From NCBI RefSeq assembly GCF_004010195.1, contig NC_057718.1:59569622-59633621 (forward strand): a DNA stretch of 64,000 nt, in the 5' to 3' direction. Positions within the stretch are counted from its first letter, which is position 1. Every line of letters starts with the position of its first letter. This document shows, one piece after another, positions 25,791 through 39,242 of this stretch. The notes under the pieces are model-generated. The model had not been told where the DNA came from and searched no databases. It saw only the letters and a program-made list of their open reading frames with translations. A program made the translations under genes and the position numbers. This stretch comes from Chiloscyllium plagiosum. Taxonomy: Eukaryota.

Positions 25791-26999
25791 CGTTCATTAT
25801 TCAGTATCTGCCTGTCACATTCTGCTGTCTTTCCTTATGGGTATAAGGGCAGCTGAAGTATTGCATGTGGTGTGAAATATGATGAGACTGAAGAGCCACT
25901 CCAATGTTTGAAGAAACAGTCAACAGACTTACCATTTTGTTTATCTTCTGCCCAGTAACTGAAATGTTTTGGCATGCTTTTCAACCTGCTTAACTTTTAT
26001 GCCAGAATAATTTTTTTAAACAATTTATAGAGTAGGTCATGCATATTATCATTCCATGCTCAGTCATGCCTAACAGCAAGAATATTGTTTTATCTTTTTA
26101 TAGTTAGACTTGCATATCTTATAAATTCAGCCTTCACTTGCACAGAAGATTTGATTGTCTTCGGCTATTAATTAAATATCTGACTAATGATGTAATGCAA
26201 CAATCTATGTTAAAAACAGTGGAGGACTTGAGAGAATGTCAGCATTTTTAGATATTTACAGAAATGAGAGCAGTTGCTATTTTTCTGAATTTTTCTGAGC
26301 ATGGAATTGTGATGTTGTGAATTATTGAAATTGACCCCAGGCCCTGTATCCTTTGCTCTTGTTTATAATTTCACACATGTATTTCTGGCAAAACAATGAC
26401 AATACGTTTTCGACATTGATTTCTGCATCATTAGATTCCTACCTAAAGCAGAACATATAATATTTTAAGAAAACAACTGAATGACTTTGCTTCGATTTTA
26501 AATTTGGCATAGCCAAAGCTTGCAACCTCTCAAGGTCTAACCGAAACCTAATTTATTCTAAGCAATCAACAACAGAAAGTGCAACTTCATTCCCAATGTG
26601 TTTGTCGCTTTAAGTTTGTTTTCTTCAAAATTTAAATTTGACTATAATCTAATGGAACTATTGACTGCAGTTAATTGTTATATCTGGACACAGAATCAAA
26701 GAAAACTTTGGTAGAACTAAACCATTGGCATGATGATTCTGATAGCAACACTGGAGTAGCACTGTTTCCATCAGGAAGCTGATTCTCAAGTAATTGCTAT
26801 GAAAAGTCAAAGGACTGGCTATGAGCTTGGTGAACACATGCAATAATGCAATGGAGATGAGTTTCTTATGGTCGATCCCACCACTGCATGACAGTTCAGC
26901 TGGTGCAACCCTTTATCCCCCTCAAACATCTGCCCCATCACTCCCTCTCTTAATAAACTTTGCTTTCCTCAACCTAACCACCCCACCACCCACATCATG

Positions 27000-28300
27000 G
27001 CCAAGCTCTTTCCACATTACTTTGGAAATGTCAGAATAAAGACTTAGACCAGATTTTCCTCCAAGCTATTAAGGAAAAGCGGGAGGTGACCTTCCCAAGT
27101 GATGAACACCTCTCTGAGCAAAGCGGCTTGGATGTGAATTACAGACCAGCTTAGCAACTACAATATTGACCTAAAAGCCTGGATCCAATGCAGGAAAAGG
27201 GCAATGACCTCACTTGAAAACAATGCCATGGGATTGTCTCTCGTCTGGGCATAAGAGGTTAAGGGGAACATTGGCTTTGTCAAGCCACTTAGTCTTCACT
27301 TCCTCCTGTAGTAAAAGCAGACCCATAAGCTGAAGACGGGTAGAGGGCCCAAGCTTGGCTCCTCACCCCAACTGAAGAACAATCCTTCAAGATTGCAGGA
27401 GACCTTGCTGACCACATGGTGTGCCAAATTGCAAAGAGATCAGAGTAAGAAGACATCAAATCTTGCGTTGCCATGTAGCTGTTCAGTATCTTGTGAGCAA
27501 TTGTACTGTACTCACAGTCTTTAAAACCTTACTTGTCCCTGGGACAACAAGGACCCAGAGGATGCTCTGTCTTCTGCCTCTCTGCACCCACCATCATTGC
27601 AGGGAATCATGCCTGAGTCATGGGAGTTTTCTATTTAGACTCAGTTCTACTTCCTTGTGAGTACAGCATGGTTAGATCTGAGCAGTTGAGAGAAGTTAAG
27701 ACAACCATGGTCCCAGACCTTCAGAAGACTTTTGGAGAACTGACCATTACTGAGGCCAATGCTAAAAAATGGCTTCTGGTCATTGCTTAAGAAATTCAAA
27801 GAAGTTAGAGAAACATATGAAGGGAATGTCAGGAGCAATCTTCAACTATTCGTGAACAATAAAGGTGCTCATTTATTACCATGAGTTCTGCAGCAATTCA
27901 GGCATATGGCTTCCTATATGAAGAGTTTAGTAACTGCAATGGAGTCCCACATTAAGAGATTGAGCCATATGCATTCTGAGCAATATCTCATCACTTTGAT
28001 CATGGACTCTTTTCAGCTAGGAAAGAAGTGCTGAAGACCCTGTGCTTCCTATCAAATGCTTCAGGAAAGCAGGAAGCTGCTATTGTGCACACTCATATGT
28101 GAGGAAGCAAGAATCAACAATCCTGGACTTTCTGTCTGGGTACTCAGAGTCAATTGTCTCTCCTCAGCCTCTCTCCCATTACCCCCAGTCAACATGGGCA
28201 AAGAAGCTGTCACTGCACTGCTAAATTACCTATCTGATCTTCAGAGGATACCTGAAGGCAGTAAAGCATCACATTGATCAGCTGCTGATCTCAGGGTAAT
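27000..28300 (+). mobile_element. PIF/Harbinger Myb/SANT-like gene fossil
   Basis: 27050-27212 reads QIFLQAIKEKREVTFP...KAAWM*ITDQLS...KAWIQCRKR/NDL (MADF/Myb-like trihelix); downstream LLTPTEEQSFKIAG. Confidence 0.75.
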
Positions 28301-29049
28301 ACCAAGATGTAGGAAAAGAAGAATTAGGAATTTATAGAGCGCAAATATAGCATAAGGGTATGCATTATTATCTGTTCCTAGAAGTTGGTTAGTCAAGAAA
28401 TCTAATTATGTCATTACGTTCTTCTGCTTAGCACAGTCTCAATAACACTCTCTACCTTCCATGTGTAACCCAGGAACTTCCATCCCACACTCTGAGCCCT
28501 GCCATTATAGAAGTGGATATGCAATCTCTTCCCGACCTACGCCACCTCTGTTAACATTCTTCCTCCGATCCGTGAATCCCTCACATCTTCTTTTGAGTCT
28601 TCTTTAGATCTTGTGAGACCGATGAGTATTGCCATCTCCAACTGAACCTACCTCTCTCCCAAATCAGGTTCCATCCTGTGACTGTGAATGTTCCCTTTGC
28701 CAGTTAACACTCTGAGTTCAACACACAGGACCTAACTTTGGACACTACGCTTTAAGTATCTCATTCCATTTATCTTCATTATCTGCCTCCACTATCCCCA
28801 ATCACAGGCATGATGCTTGGCCCTTCCCAATATACACATGGCTGGACATCACATGCTGTTCTCCCTTGAAGACTTGTATTGCATTGCCCACCCAATTCCC
28901 TGGTCCCTGAGTTATTCTCGCTGCTCCCAGTCCTTCATCCAAACTGCCAATCTAATCTTACGCTCCCTTGTGCCACAGAGTTCAGCAAAGACAACTGATC
29001 ATTTCTGACATAATGAGGGTAGGACTTGCTGTCACAACCAATGCATCGG

Positions 29050-31420
29050 ACCTAAGTTCTGCAGTCCTACAACATTCAGTCATGAATGCTGGTGGACAAT
29101 TAAAAAAAAAAAATCACTGGAGGAAGAGGCTCCACAAATTCCCTGTCCTCAGTGGTGGAAGAGCCTGGTACATCAGCGCAAAGGATAAGGCTGAAGCTTT
29201 CGCAACAACCTTCAACTAGAACTGCCAAGTGGATCATCCATCTTGACATCCTTCAAAAGTTCCCAGCATTACAGACACCATTCTTCAGCCAATTCATTTC
29301 AATCCCCATGATATCAAGAAATAGTTGGAGGTACTGAGTACTGAAATAGCTAGAGGCCCTGACAACATTCCAGCAACAGTGCTGAAGATTTGTGCTCCAG
29401 AACTTGCTGCATCCCTAATCAAGCTGTTCCAGTACAGCTCCAATATTGGCATAAATCCAAAATGTGGAAAATTTCCTAGCTATGTCCTATACGTAAAAAG
29501 CAGGGCAAATTCAACCCAGCCAATTACTGTCCCATCAATCTACTTTTGATTGTCAAAAAAGTGATGGAAGATAGCATCAGTAGTACTATTAAGCAGCACA
29601 TGATCAGGAACAACCTGCTCAGTTTTCCCAGTTTGGGTACCATCAGGGCCATTCAGCTCTTGGCCTCATTACAGCCTTGGTTCAAAAATGGAAAGAAGAG
29701 CTCAAGTCCAGAGGTTAGGTGAGAGTGACAGTTGTTGACAAAAAGGCCACATTTGACTGAGTTTGATATCAAGGAGTCCGAGTAAAACTGGAAACAATGG
29801 GCATTTTTATGGACTAGGCCAGACCCCGCAAAACCTCTTTAAGCAGGCCATAACTTTGCTAGCTGTTTTGTTAGATATATAGTGGATTTTCCCAGTATAA
29901 ATTAGTTAGGTCAACTGCCAAGTTTTAAACAAACAAAATTTATTTACAAAATTATGGAATGAAAAACAAAGAACATAAAATAGTGCTAACTTATCCTATC
30001 CAAACCCAACGTAATGATGCTGTTCTGAAAATATGTGCAAAAGTCCTAATACACACATCCTTTAGCGCAAAGAATAAAACATGGCACAGGCAATTTACAG
30101 TTTGCAAGGAGAGAGAGAAGTCAACAGCCTGTTTCACACACAATTGCTGAACTGAACCAAAAAAAACAGGAATGGCCACTGCCCTTTCATTATACCAGTT
30201 ATTTCTAAAACATGGAAGCCTTTGGCCTGAGGTATCATCTGTTCCGGGATAAACAAAAAGGACCCCAATAAACCATTTACCTCTGCACCAACTCATAGCT
30301 TGGGCTGTTTTATGACCCCTCTGAAAATATTGAAGGACACAGTAACTTTGAGAAAAAGGAGCAGCTTTGAGAAAGGGCCATCTTTGTGAAAGTATCAGGG
30401 GATAAACTCTTTTCTGGTTGTTGGAGGTCAGTCATCTCAGCACTAGGGCATCTCTGCAGAAGATCCTCAGAGTAGTGTGCCAGACGCAACCATCTTCAGC
30501 TGTTTCGTCAATGATCTTCCCATCATCGTAAGATCAGAAGTCAAGATGTTCACTGATGGTTGCACAATGTTCAGCACCATTCATGACTCCTCAGTTACTG
30601 AAGCAATCCATGTATAAATGCAAGAAGATCTGGACAGGGTTGGGCTGACGACTGATAAGTAACATTTGTGCCACATAAATACCAGGCAATGACCAGTCCC
30701 AATAAGAGATATTGTAACCTCTGTCTCTTGACATTCAATGATGCTACCATTACTGAATTCCCCACTATCACCATTTGGGGAGTTACCATTGACTAGAGAC
30801 TGAACGGGACTCACCAGATAAACACAGAGGTTACACAAGCAGATCAGAAGTCTTGAATACTGCGGTGAGTAACTCACCTCCTGTGTCCCCAAAGCCTGTC
30901 CACCATCTACAAGGCATAAGTCAAACGTGTGATGGAGCACTGTCCACTTGCCTGGGTAGGTGTAGCTCCAACAACACTTGAGACGTTTGACACTGTCCAG
31001 TTCAAAGCACCAGCTTGTTTGATACCACAGGCACAAGCATCCACTTCCTTCACTGAGCATCATCCTGTGCTATCTGCAAGATGAACTGCAGAAACCTTAT
31101 AAAATCTTTATACTATACCTTCCAAACTCACAACTTCCAACTCAAAGGGCAAGCACAGCAGATAAATGGGAACATTACCAACTGCAATTTCTCCTCCAAG
31201 CCACTCACCATCCTGACTTGCAAATATATTGCTGTTCCTTAACTGGCACCGACTCAAAATCTGGAATTGACTCCCTAATGGCATTGTTGGTCTAACTACA
31301 GCGTGAGGACTGCAGCAGTTCAAGAAGATAGCTCACCATCACTTCCTCATGGACAACTAGGAGTGGACAATGAATACTGGACCAGCCAGCAACAGCCATG
31401 TCCCACAGGTGAATATATAA
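29050..31420 (+). mobile_element. CR1/L2-group LINE (same family as 10016-12140), interrupted by a solo LTR
   Basis: KDKAEAFATTF, ARGPDNIPATVLKICAPELAASLIKLFQYS, VKMFTDGCTMF; 3' tail GGACAACTAGGAGTGGACAATGAATACTGG. Confidence 0.88.
29805..30391. mobile_element. Solo LTR (Gypsy-like) inserted in LINE
   Basis: The LINE sequence ATGGGCAT|CAGGGG is split; ends TTTTATGGAC / TTTGTGAAA resemble decayed TGT...ACA; 4-bp flanks GCAT/GTAT. Confidence 0.65.
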
Positions 31421-33282
31421 AATTGAGGTTTCAAGATGAGGGGATTACTCATGTTTTTGTTGCTAAGTACAACTTTTCTTTTCAACATGAGGTCTAGCGA
31501 GTTTCCATTCCGTATCTGACCAAACTGTGCACATTTATTACCTTTCTCTGCCCCAATGGCATTGACCACATTAGATTCCAGCCCCATCTTTCTAGATACC
31601 ATTCCAGGAGCAACTTGTTCCTCAATGGATATCTGCCAAGTTACCAATATTCCTTGCATCTTGCCACCTTTAAAAGACTATTGTGCAGCCAGATGAACAC
31701 TGGCATTTTGAAATTGCCCTGTTCGCTCAAACGTGGAATCTTAACATGTTGGGGAAGGGAAATATATTACTGCAATTCCCCATTAGGGATTTAGTGCTCA
31801 CTATGGATGGAGCAGAGAGAAGACTTCTTCACAAGGACCAGGAAAGGAAACTGCACCAGAAGATCCTGGGAGCCAGGTCTGATGTTGGCACATAGCCCAG
31901 TGCTATGGTGAGGAAGAATAGTCAGCAGTGTCACTAGAAGGTGGTTGACCTTCTCTACTGCACCAAGTTAAGTGCCAAACACTCTTCTCTGCTACCTCAC
32001 ACTCATTCTATCTCTGCACCCACTTCCCAACAAGACTCATGTTCTAGCACTTTCACTGTCACCAAAAACATCTTCCCTTGTTCTGTCTCTCTCACCCCTC
32101 TTCCCACACAACTAACTCTGTATGGACTGTGTGCTGTCTCCTCACTGTCTCAGGATACCTCACCACATTCCACCACATGCAATAGTGCTGAAAGCTGTGA
32201 CACTCACTTTGATCTCACTCAATCCCTCCCTTTCTCTCATTTGAGGAGAAGATAGCCAATATCAGGGAAGAGCGAGACTATGGGCGGAATGGGTGTTTCT
32301 GACATTCAGGTGTTCACTCCCTGATACAGAGAGAATCCTGGCCTTTGCCAGAGAAGACCGACACTATACCTGCGGGGACGTCGGAACATCCACATCCTAC
32401 CAACCGAGTAAGTACCACTTTTCATTTCACTGCATCTCTCACAGTACCTCTGCAGTCAGTGCCATTCATTGCACACTATTTCTAACCATTGGCTGTGACA
32501 GCTTTTCTCTCTTGTGTCTGGCCAGGCACTACTAACGCATCTACCACACCCATGGTGACCAGCCCAGTTCTGCCAAAAGACACCTTTTCCAACTCTGAGG
32601 ATGAAAATATTGAGGCCCTCAGAGGAAGCATTGGCAAGTCTGTCTCCTGCAACCTGCACCAGATGAGATCCTGGCACCTCAGTGGGAACATTTGGTGCAG
32701 GGAAGGCGAGAGTACAAGCTGATGGGTACCTCACAGTGATAGCTGGCTGTGGAAGAAATGCCCGAGATCGCTGGCACTCAAAAGTCTGTTGGAGACCAGA
32801 CACCTTCTCAGGCCCAGGCAGGAGAGGACCTTGTGATGTCTGTAACCAGGGACTTCACCCCCAGGCAGATGGAGGAACAGAAGTAGCAGACAGGGATTTA
32901 GGAGAGAATGGCCCTCATTGCTCAGAAGCTGCAGCAGGGCAGTGAGTCACATGACCATCGTTCTGTATCCCAGGTGTAGTTAAAAGAATTATTCACCCTC
33001 TGCTGCCTTCAAGTCAAAATTAAAGTCACCTCAAATAGTGCCATCGAGCTGCAGTACACAGATGATGCATGTGTATGTGCAGTCTCAGAGGATGTAATCC
33101 AAACTATCGTCAGTACATTTACAGAGATATATGAGATGTGTCTCACCCTGAACATCCACAAGATCAAGATCCTCCACCAACCTGGCCCAGCACTGTGAAT
33201 GAAGCCCTGATCATTAAGGTCCACCATGAAGCCTAAGAGAACATTGACCACATCTAATACCTCAGGACTGTCCTGTCAGCCA

Positions 33283-33880
33283 GAGATGTCATGTTGTGGC
33301 TGTACAGGATATTGATCAGGCCACGTTTGGAATATTGCATGCAATTCTGTTCTCCTTCCTACCGGAAGGATGTTGTGAAACTTGAAAGGGTTCAGAAAAG
33401 ATTTACAAGGATCTTGCTAGGGTTGGAGGATTTGAGTTAAAGAGAGAGGCTGAATAGGCTGGGGCTGTTTTCCCTGGAGCGTCCGAGGCTGATGGGTCAC
33501 CTTATAGAGGTTTATAAAATCATGAGAGACATGATTAGGGTAAATAGACAGAGTCTTTTCCCTGGAATGGGGGAGTCCAGAACTAGAGGCCATAGGTTTA
33601 GGGTGAGAGGGGAAAGATATAAAAGAGACCTGGGGGATCTTTTTCATGCAGAGGGTGGTACGTGTATGGAATGGGCTGACAGAGGAAGTGGTGGAGACTG
33701 GTACAATTGCAACATTTAAGAGGCATCTGATGGGTATATGAATAGGAAGGGATATGGGTCAGGTGCTGGCAGGGGGAACTAGATTGGGTTGGGATATCTG
33801 GTCAGCATGGATGGTGTGGACCGAAGGGTCTGTTTCCATGCTGTACATCTCTATGATTCCGAGACTCAATGACTCTATGG
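33283..33880 (+). mobile_element. CR1 3' fragment nested in RTE
   Basis: RPRLEYCMQF, YRKDVVKLERVQKRFTR, GHLIEVYKIM, SRTRGHRFRVRG; tail (CTCTATGA)-like repeats. Confidence 0.92.
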
Positions 33881-34611
33881 AGAGATCCAGAGCCGCCTCC
33901 TGTGTGCTAGTGAAGCCTTCAGCTGCCTTAGGAAAAGGATATTCGAGAACAACAACAACATCAGATCTGACATCAAGACCATGGTTTGTATTGCTGTCGA
34001 TCCTGCCCTCCTATGTGCCTCTGAGATGTGGTTTGTCTACACCAGACACCTCAAAGTGCGGGAACAGTGTCACCAATGCTACTGCATAAGATCCTGCAAA
34101 TCTGCTGTGAAAAAAGACGCACCAACATCAGCGCCCTCAACCAGGCCAACAGCCCCAGCATCGAGGCACTGACCACCCTTGATTGGCTACAGTAGGATGG
34201 ACATGTCACCCGCATGACTGACACAAGACTCCCTAAGCAGCAGATGCTCTACTCCCAGCTTCGAAATGGCAGGCAAGCCCCAGATGGACAGAGAAAGCAT
34301 TTCAATGATACCCTCAAGGCCTCACTGCAATGTGCGGCATTCCCACAGACACCTGTGATTCACTGGCCCAAGACCATCCAAAGTGGAGGAGGAGCATCCA
34401 GAGAGGCATCAAGACTTGCCATCGGGAAAGAAATGGAAGCCAAGCGAAAACAGAAAAAAGAGCGTACTGTCACACCAATCCCTCACCCAATGCTTCCTGT
34501 GATCACCACCTGCGCCAAGTGTAGCTGCGGTAGTCACATTTGTCTGTGCAACCATCTATGGACTTACCCTGAGAGTGGAAGACAGTCATCCTTGTCTGCA
34601 AGAGACCATCA

Positions 34612-34668
<57 letters not shown>
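34612..34668 (+). repeat. (ATG)19 microsatellite forming the RTE 3' tail
   Basis: 19 perfect ATG units. Confidence 0.97.
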
Positions 34669-36509
34669 CAATGCCCAGAAGCTGCAGCAGGGCAACAAGT
34701 CATGTGCCCATCTGTTTGTCTGTATGGACAGGTTGGGAGCTGCCATAGAGACTCAGGTCTAGCCCCTTCAAGGTCTGCTGGAGAGGTGCACCAACTTGCA
34801 CTCCATTGCTCCAGTCATTGGTTCAGTACCCAAAGATGTGAAGACAAAGGAATGGGGAATCTGACAAACTATTTGCCTCCTCCTCACGAGTAGAGTGTGG
34901 GTGTCAGCTGGAGAATTAGTCAGACACAGCCTCCAATCAGGGCAATGTAGAGGTGACTGGATCCTCCACCTTCCATTCCTTTCCTCCCTCAATTCTTGGA
35001 AGTTCAAGCCAAGGAGTGTCCACTTGCCTCTGGCAAATTGACCTTCAGCATATCTCGTCTGTCTCAATACAAAACCTCCTGGGGTTACATTCGCAAACTT
35101 CCAGGGCAAGTGGCTTCACTGCCAAGATGATTCCCTCCAGATGCAGAACCAAGGAATATGGTGAGATATAATGGGATGGAGAGGAAGAAGAAAACTGATT
35201 GAGCCCATTTTGGTGGCACAGATGACAATAGCTTATAAACAATTGTGAACCTTTGGATACATTTTTGTACTTTAACAGTACATCTGGCTGTTAGTTTTCC
35301 CATGCAATATACACCATCCAGCATCATTTATGGCTATACATGAGATTTCATGAATGGAGGTCTATGCTCAGAATCTGTTGTATCACATGGAAGCAATACA
35401 GACAATGCATGTACATGTCATTGGGTCATGCTGTTACCTTGACCCTCCTTGTACAGCATTCATATTGTTTCACGGCTTTGTGCTTAAATGTGTAGGTGCC
35501 AGGGTGTTGTACGGCTGTGTGTCTGGCACGGAGATGCAACACACATAGAGGGCCAATGCATTAGGATGGCTGTGGAACCTAAGCACTACAGATCTGTATT
35601 TAATGTATAGTACTTGGATCTATGTGCAATGTTCTTTCCATTGAAAAGCTCTTTTAGAGGTGAGATTTGCGGCTCCCTCCTTCATAGGTAAGTCATTTAC
35701 TCCACCCACTCCAAGTGTTAGTACAGCCATTTTCTTCACAGTTGTGCACTTTCAATTGCCAGCACTCCTTGGCCAGTGGCTTCCATTTTCTACCTGAGCA
35801 CATTGGTGAACATCTACATCCTTTTCCTGGTCAATCATGCTGCATACCTGACTATGATGACCTCCTCTACATTGCCCCCTTCCCAATTGTAACCTACCCT
35901 TCCCCAGAACCTGTAGCCTCCAGCCCTAAAGATTGACACACTGAGTATATTCCCTGTGCAAGGGCCATCATTAATCCCATTCCATCACCTTTCCTTTGAC
36001 TTTCAGGGTGGACCTGATAGCCTGACAATGGCCCACCCCCTGGAGTGACCAAACTGGATAACCCTAGGAGAGAACTGCCCCAATCCCTGATTGGTGGCTT
36101 GATATTTCTGTGATACATTAGCTTTTAGCTACTATGGATTGATGGTGATGCACTCTCTGAACTGCACATTGGTCTTCCTGATCAAAATCAGCCAAGATGA
36201 AACCTAACCTTGGCCAATCCACTGGTCTAGTATGGAAACTGACTTTGACTTATTATGCCTGAGCCCCTGAATGATGAATCCCCCTCCATGGATTTCAGCA
36301 AGGAATACTCACCCCACCTAAGGCCTTGAGACAGTTTGTTCCATATGCAATGTTTTTGCCATGTGAGCTGCAGTTTAGTCATATGTAATATGGATGTAGT
36401 TCAGAGCAAGCAGCCAGCTGAAATCCAGTAGGCCCCTGCTTTGGCTTCCTTGCAAAGCTTTCTAGATGTCTAGTGTCTTCAGTGAATTTGGTAAGATACA
36501 AAGTTCAGT

Positions 36510-37406
36510 AATTTTTAAATTGGGGAAAGACAACAGAAAGTTGCAGCACTGAGAGATTTGGGTCTTGTGCATGAATCACAAGAAGCTACTGTACAAGTTT
36601 AGGGGTAATAGGGAAGGCAATAGACTGATGGCCTTTATTTCAAAAGGAGTGGAGCACAAAAATAGTGAAGATGTGCTAAAACTATTCAAAGCAGTAATCA
36701 AACCACACCTGAATATAATGAATATTTCAGTCCCATTATTGAAGGGACAATATACAGTACTGGCATTAGAAACAGCTCGAGATAGTTCATTAGGTTCACT
36801 GAGATCCGGGATATGGAGGCATTTTCTTATGAGAAGAGCTTGAGTACATTGGGCTTGTCCTCATTGAAGATTAGGAGAATGAGAGGACATCTTACTGAAA
36901 CATTTAAGATTCTTTGAGGACTTGACAGGGTAAATGCAGAGAGATTGTTTCCACTTGTGGGGGAATCTAGGAGGAGTTGTTGTAATCTCAGGAGTTGACC
37001 ATTTAAGAGAGAAGAAGGGCTTATGCCCGAAACGTCGATTCTCCTGTTCCCTGGATGCTGCCTGACCTGCTGCGCTTTTCCAGCAACACATTTTCAGCTC
37101 TGATCTCCAGCATCTGCAGACCTCACTTTCTCCCCATTTAAGAGAGAGGTGAAGAGAAATTTCTTCTCTCAGTGAGTAGTAAGCCTGTGGAAATCTTTAC
37201 CAGACAGGGTCATAGAAGCTGGATTGTTTCATACTTTTAAGGCTAAGATAAATGGATTTCTAATCAGTAAGGGAATCGAGAGAACGGGGCAAAGGTAGGA
37301 AAGTGGAATTGACGATTATCAGATCAGCTAAAATCTCATTGAATAGTAGAGTAGATTTGATGGGCTGAATGGCCTACTTCTGCTCCTACATCTTATGGCC
37401 TTATGG
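36510..37406 (+). mobile_element. CR1 3' fragment
   Basis: RDLG, RMRGHLTETFKIL, FFSQ motifs; tail GGGCTGAATGGCCTACTTCTGCTCCTACATCTTATGG. Confidence 0.88.
37011..37133 (+). mobile_element. Short pLTR/hammerhead-like element inserted in CR1
   Basis: GAAGA-AGGGC-TTAT-GCCC-GAAAC-GTC...CTCACTTTCTCC; TSD CCATTTAAGAGAGA at 36999-37012 and 37134-37147. Confidence 0.9.
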
Positions 37407-37411
37407 TCATA

Positions 37412-37682
37412 TGTAGGGTGGCTCAGTGGTTAGCACTGCTGCCTCACAGTACCAGGGTCCCAGGTTTGATTCCAGCCTCAGGTGACTGTCTGTATGGAGT
37501 TTGCACATTCCTCCCATATCTGCATGGGTTTCCTCCCACATTCCAAAAGATGTGCAGGTCAGGTGAATTACCCATAGCGTTAGGTGCATTAGTCAAAGGG
37601 AAATGGATTGAGGTGGGTTGCTCTTTGGAGGATTGGTTGGGTCGAAGGGCCTGTTTCCAAGCTGTAGGGAATCTAATCTAAT
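37412..37682 (+). mobile_element. HE1-type SINE
   Basis: GGTGGCTCAGTGGTTAGCAC...GGTTTGATTCC; (AATCT)n tail. Confidence 0.9.
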
Positions 37683-37750
37683 GTTAATGAGGTGGGTTAT
37701 GCTGCTAACAAGGTTTTTAACAAGCAAAAATCCTCTTTAAAAGGCAACTC

Positions 37751-39242
37751 TCGCCAGTGGAGGGCTCTCTACATGGGAGTCCTCCCCCTTTCTCTCGGGG
37801 ATCTGAGGTGGAGGATGCTGCACGCAGCAGTCCCCTGCAACCGCAGGTTGCGGTGGTTCACGGACTCCCAGCCCAACTGCTTGTTCTGTGGCGCTGTGGT
37901 GTCTGTGGACCACGTGTATATTGGGTGTGGGCGTTTGCACTCCCTTTTTGATTTTCTTAGAAACCTTCTCCTCTGTTTTTGGCTGCACTTCCGTCCCACA
38001 CTCCTGATCTTTGGGCACCCGGTACGGAGGAGGGAGGGCAGGTCTGAAGACCTCCTCGCGGGTCTGCTCCTGGGCCTGGCCAAACTGGCCATAAACAGGC
38101 CCAGGCAGCGGGCCGTGGAGGGGGTCGTTAGGGCCGACTGCCTGCCCCTCTTCCGCGGTTACGTTAGAGCCCGGGTGTCCTTGGAGAAGGAGCACGCGGC
38201 GTCGACCAACACCCTGGAGTTGTTCAGGGAGAGGTGGGCGCCGCAGGGAGTGGAGTGCATAATTTCTCCCTCCAATTCTATTTTGATTTAGTCCCTACCC
38301 TCCCCTTCACTGTGTTGATCACAAAGCACTGCCCTTTGATGTGAAGGGCAATGTTTGTCACNNNNNNNNNNNNNNNNNNNNNNNNNNNNNNNNNNNNNNN
38401 NNNNNNNNNNNNNNNNNNNNNNNNNNNNNNNNNNNNNNNNNNNNNNNNNNNNNNNNNNNNNNNNNNNNNNNNNNNNNNNNNNNNNNNNNNNNNNNNNNNN
38501 NNNNNNNNNNNNNNNNNNNNNNNNNNNNNNNNNNNNNNNNNNNNNNNNNNNNNNNNNNNNNNNNNNNNNNNNNNNNNNNNNNNNNNNNNNNNNNNNNNNN
38601 NNNNNNNNNNNNNNNNNNNNNNNNNNNNNNNNNNNNNNNNNNNNNNNNNNNNNNNNNNNNNNNNNNNNNNNNNNNNNNNNNNNNNNNNNNNNNNNNNNNN
38701 NNNNNNNNNNNNNNNNNNNNNNNNNNNNNNNNNNNNNNNNNNNNNNNNNNNNTTACGTTAGAGCCCGGGTGTCTCTGGAAAAGGTGCACACGGTGTCCAC
38801 CAACACGCTGGAGTCATTCAGGGAGGGGTGGGCGCTGCAGGGAGTGGAGTGCATTATTTCTCCCTCCAACTCTATTTTGATTTAGTCCCTACCCTCCCCT
38901 TCACTGTTTTGATCACACAGCACTGCTCTTTGATGTGAAGGGCAGTGTTTGTCACTGGCCACTCGGGTGTTTTCCTATCTTCCTGGTGGTGGAATTTGAA
39001 TAAAGATTCGTGCACTTTGTGTCTTTCACTGTGTCTCACACCTGCACACACACACCATGGGTGCTGGGGAAAAAATAAGCACTACCGCACTTAGGTGGTA
39101 GTGTGGGGGTTAAAAGAAAAGAAAAAGAAAAAAAAAAGAAAGTGCTATTTAGTCCCTACCCTCCCCTTCACTGTTTTGATCACACAGCACTGCCCTTTGA
39201 TGTGAAGGGCAGTGCTTGTCACTGGCCACTCGGAAAAAAAAA
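37751..39242 (+). mobile_element. Tx1-clade (L1 group) LINE, 5'-truncated, young
   Basis: Open frame WRALY..GDLRWRMLHAAVPCN..CLFCGAVVSVDHVYIGC (zf-RVT CCHC); CpG-rich; A-tail; TSD TTAAAAGGCAACTC at 37737-37750 and 39243-39256. Confidence 0.9.

Larger units (their letters stand above)
32942..34668 (+). mobile_element. RTE (BovB-like) LINE, 5'-truncated, with (ATG)n tail
   Basis: IELQYTDDAC (YADD), GHVTRMTDTRLPKQQMLYSQLRNG..GQRKHFNDTLK, LAQDHPKWRRSI; TSD CAGAAGCTGCAGCAGGGCA at 32923-32941 and 34676-34694. Confidence 0.92.
31746..35170 (+). mobile_element. PIF/Harbinger Myb/SANT-like three-exon gene fossil, interrupted by RTE at 32942-34675
   Basis: Exon 1 MLGKGNILLQFPIRDLVLTMDGAERRLL...SAMVRKNSQQCH*KVVDLLYCTK; exon 2 EKIANIREER..GGMGVSDIQVFTP..ERILAFA with donor GTAAGT at 32408; exon 3 acceptor AG at 32524-32525. 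Confidence 0.75.

Noticed and set aside
34503..34893. Poly-Met and poly-Ile ORFs
   Set aside because: Translations of the (ATG)19 RTE tail
38341..38885. Long ORFs spanning N runs (also 49206-50436 and 55694-56162)
   Set aside because: Artefacts of translating through assembly gaps
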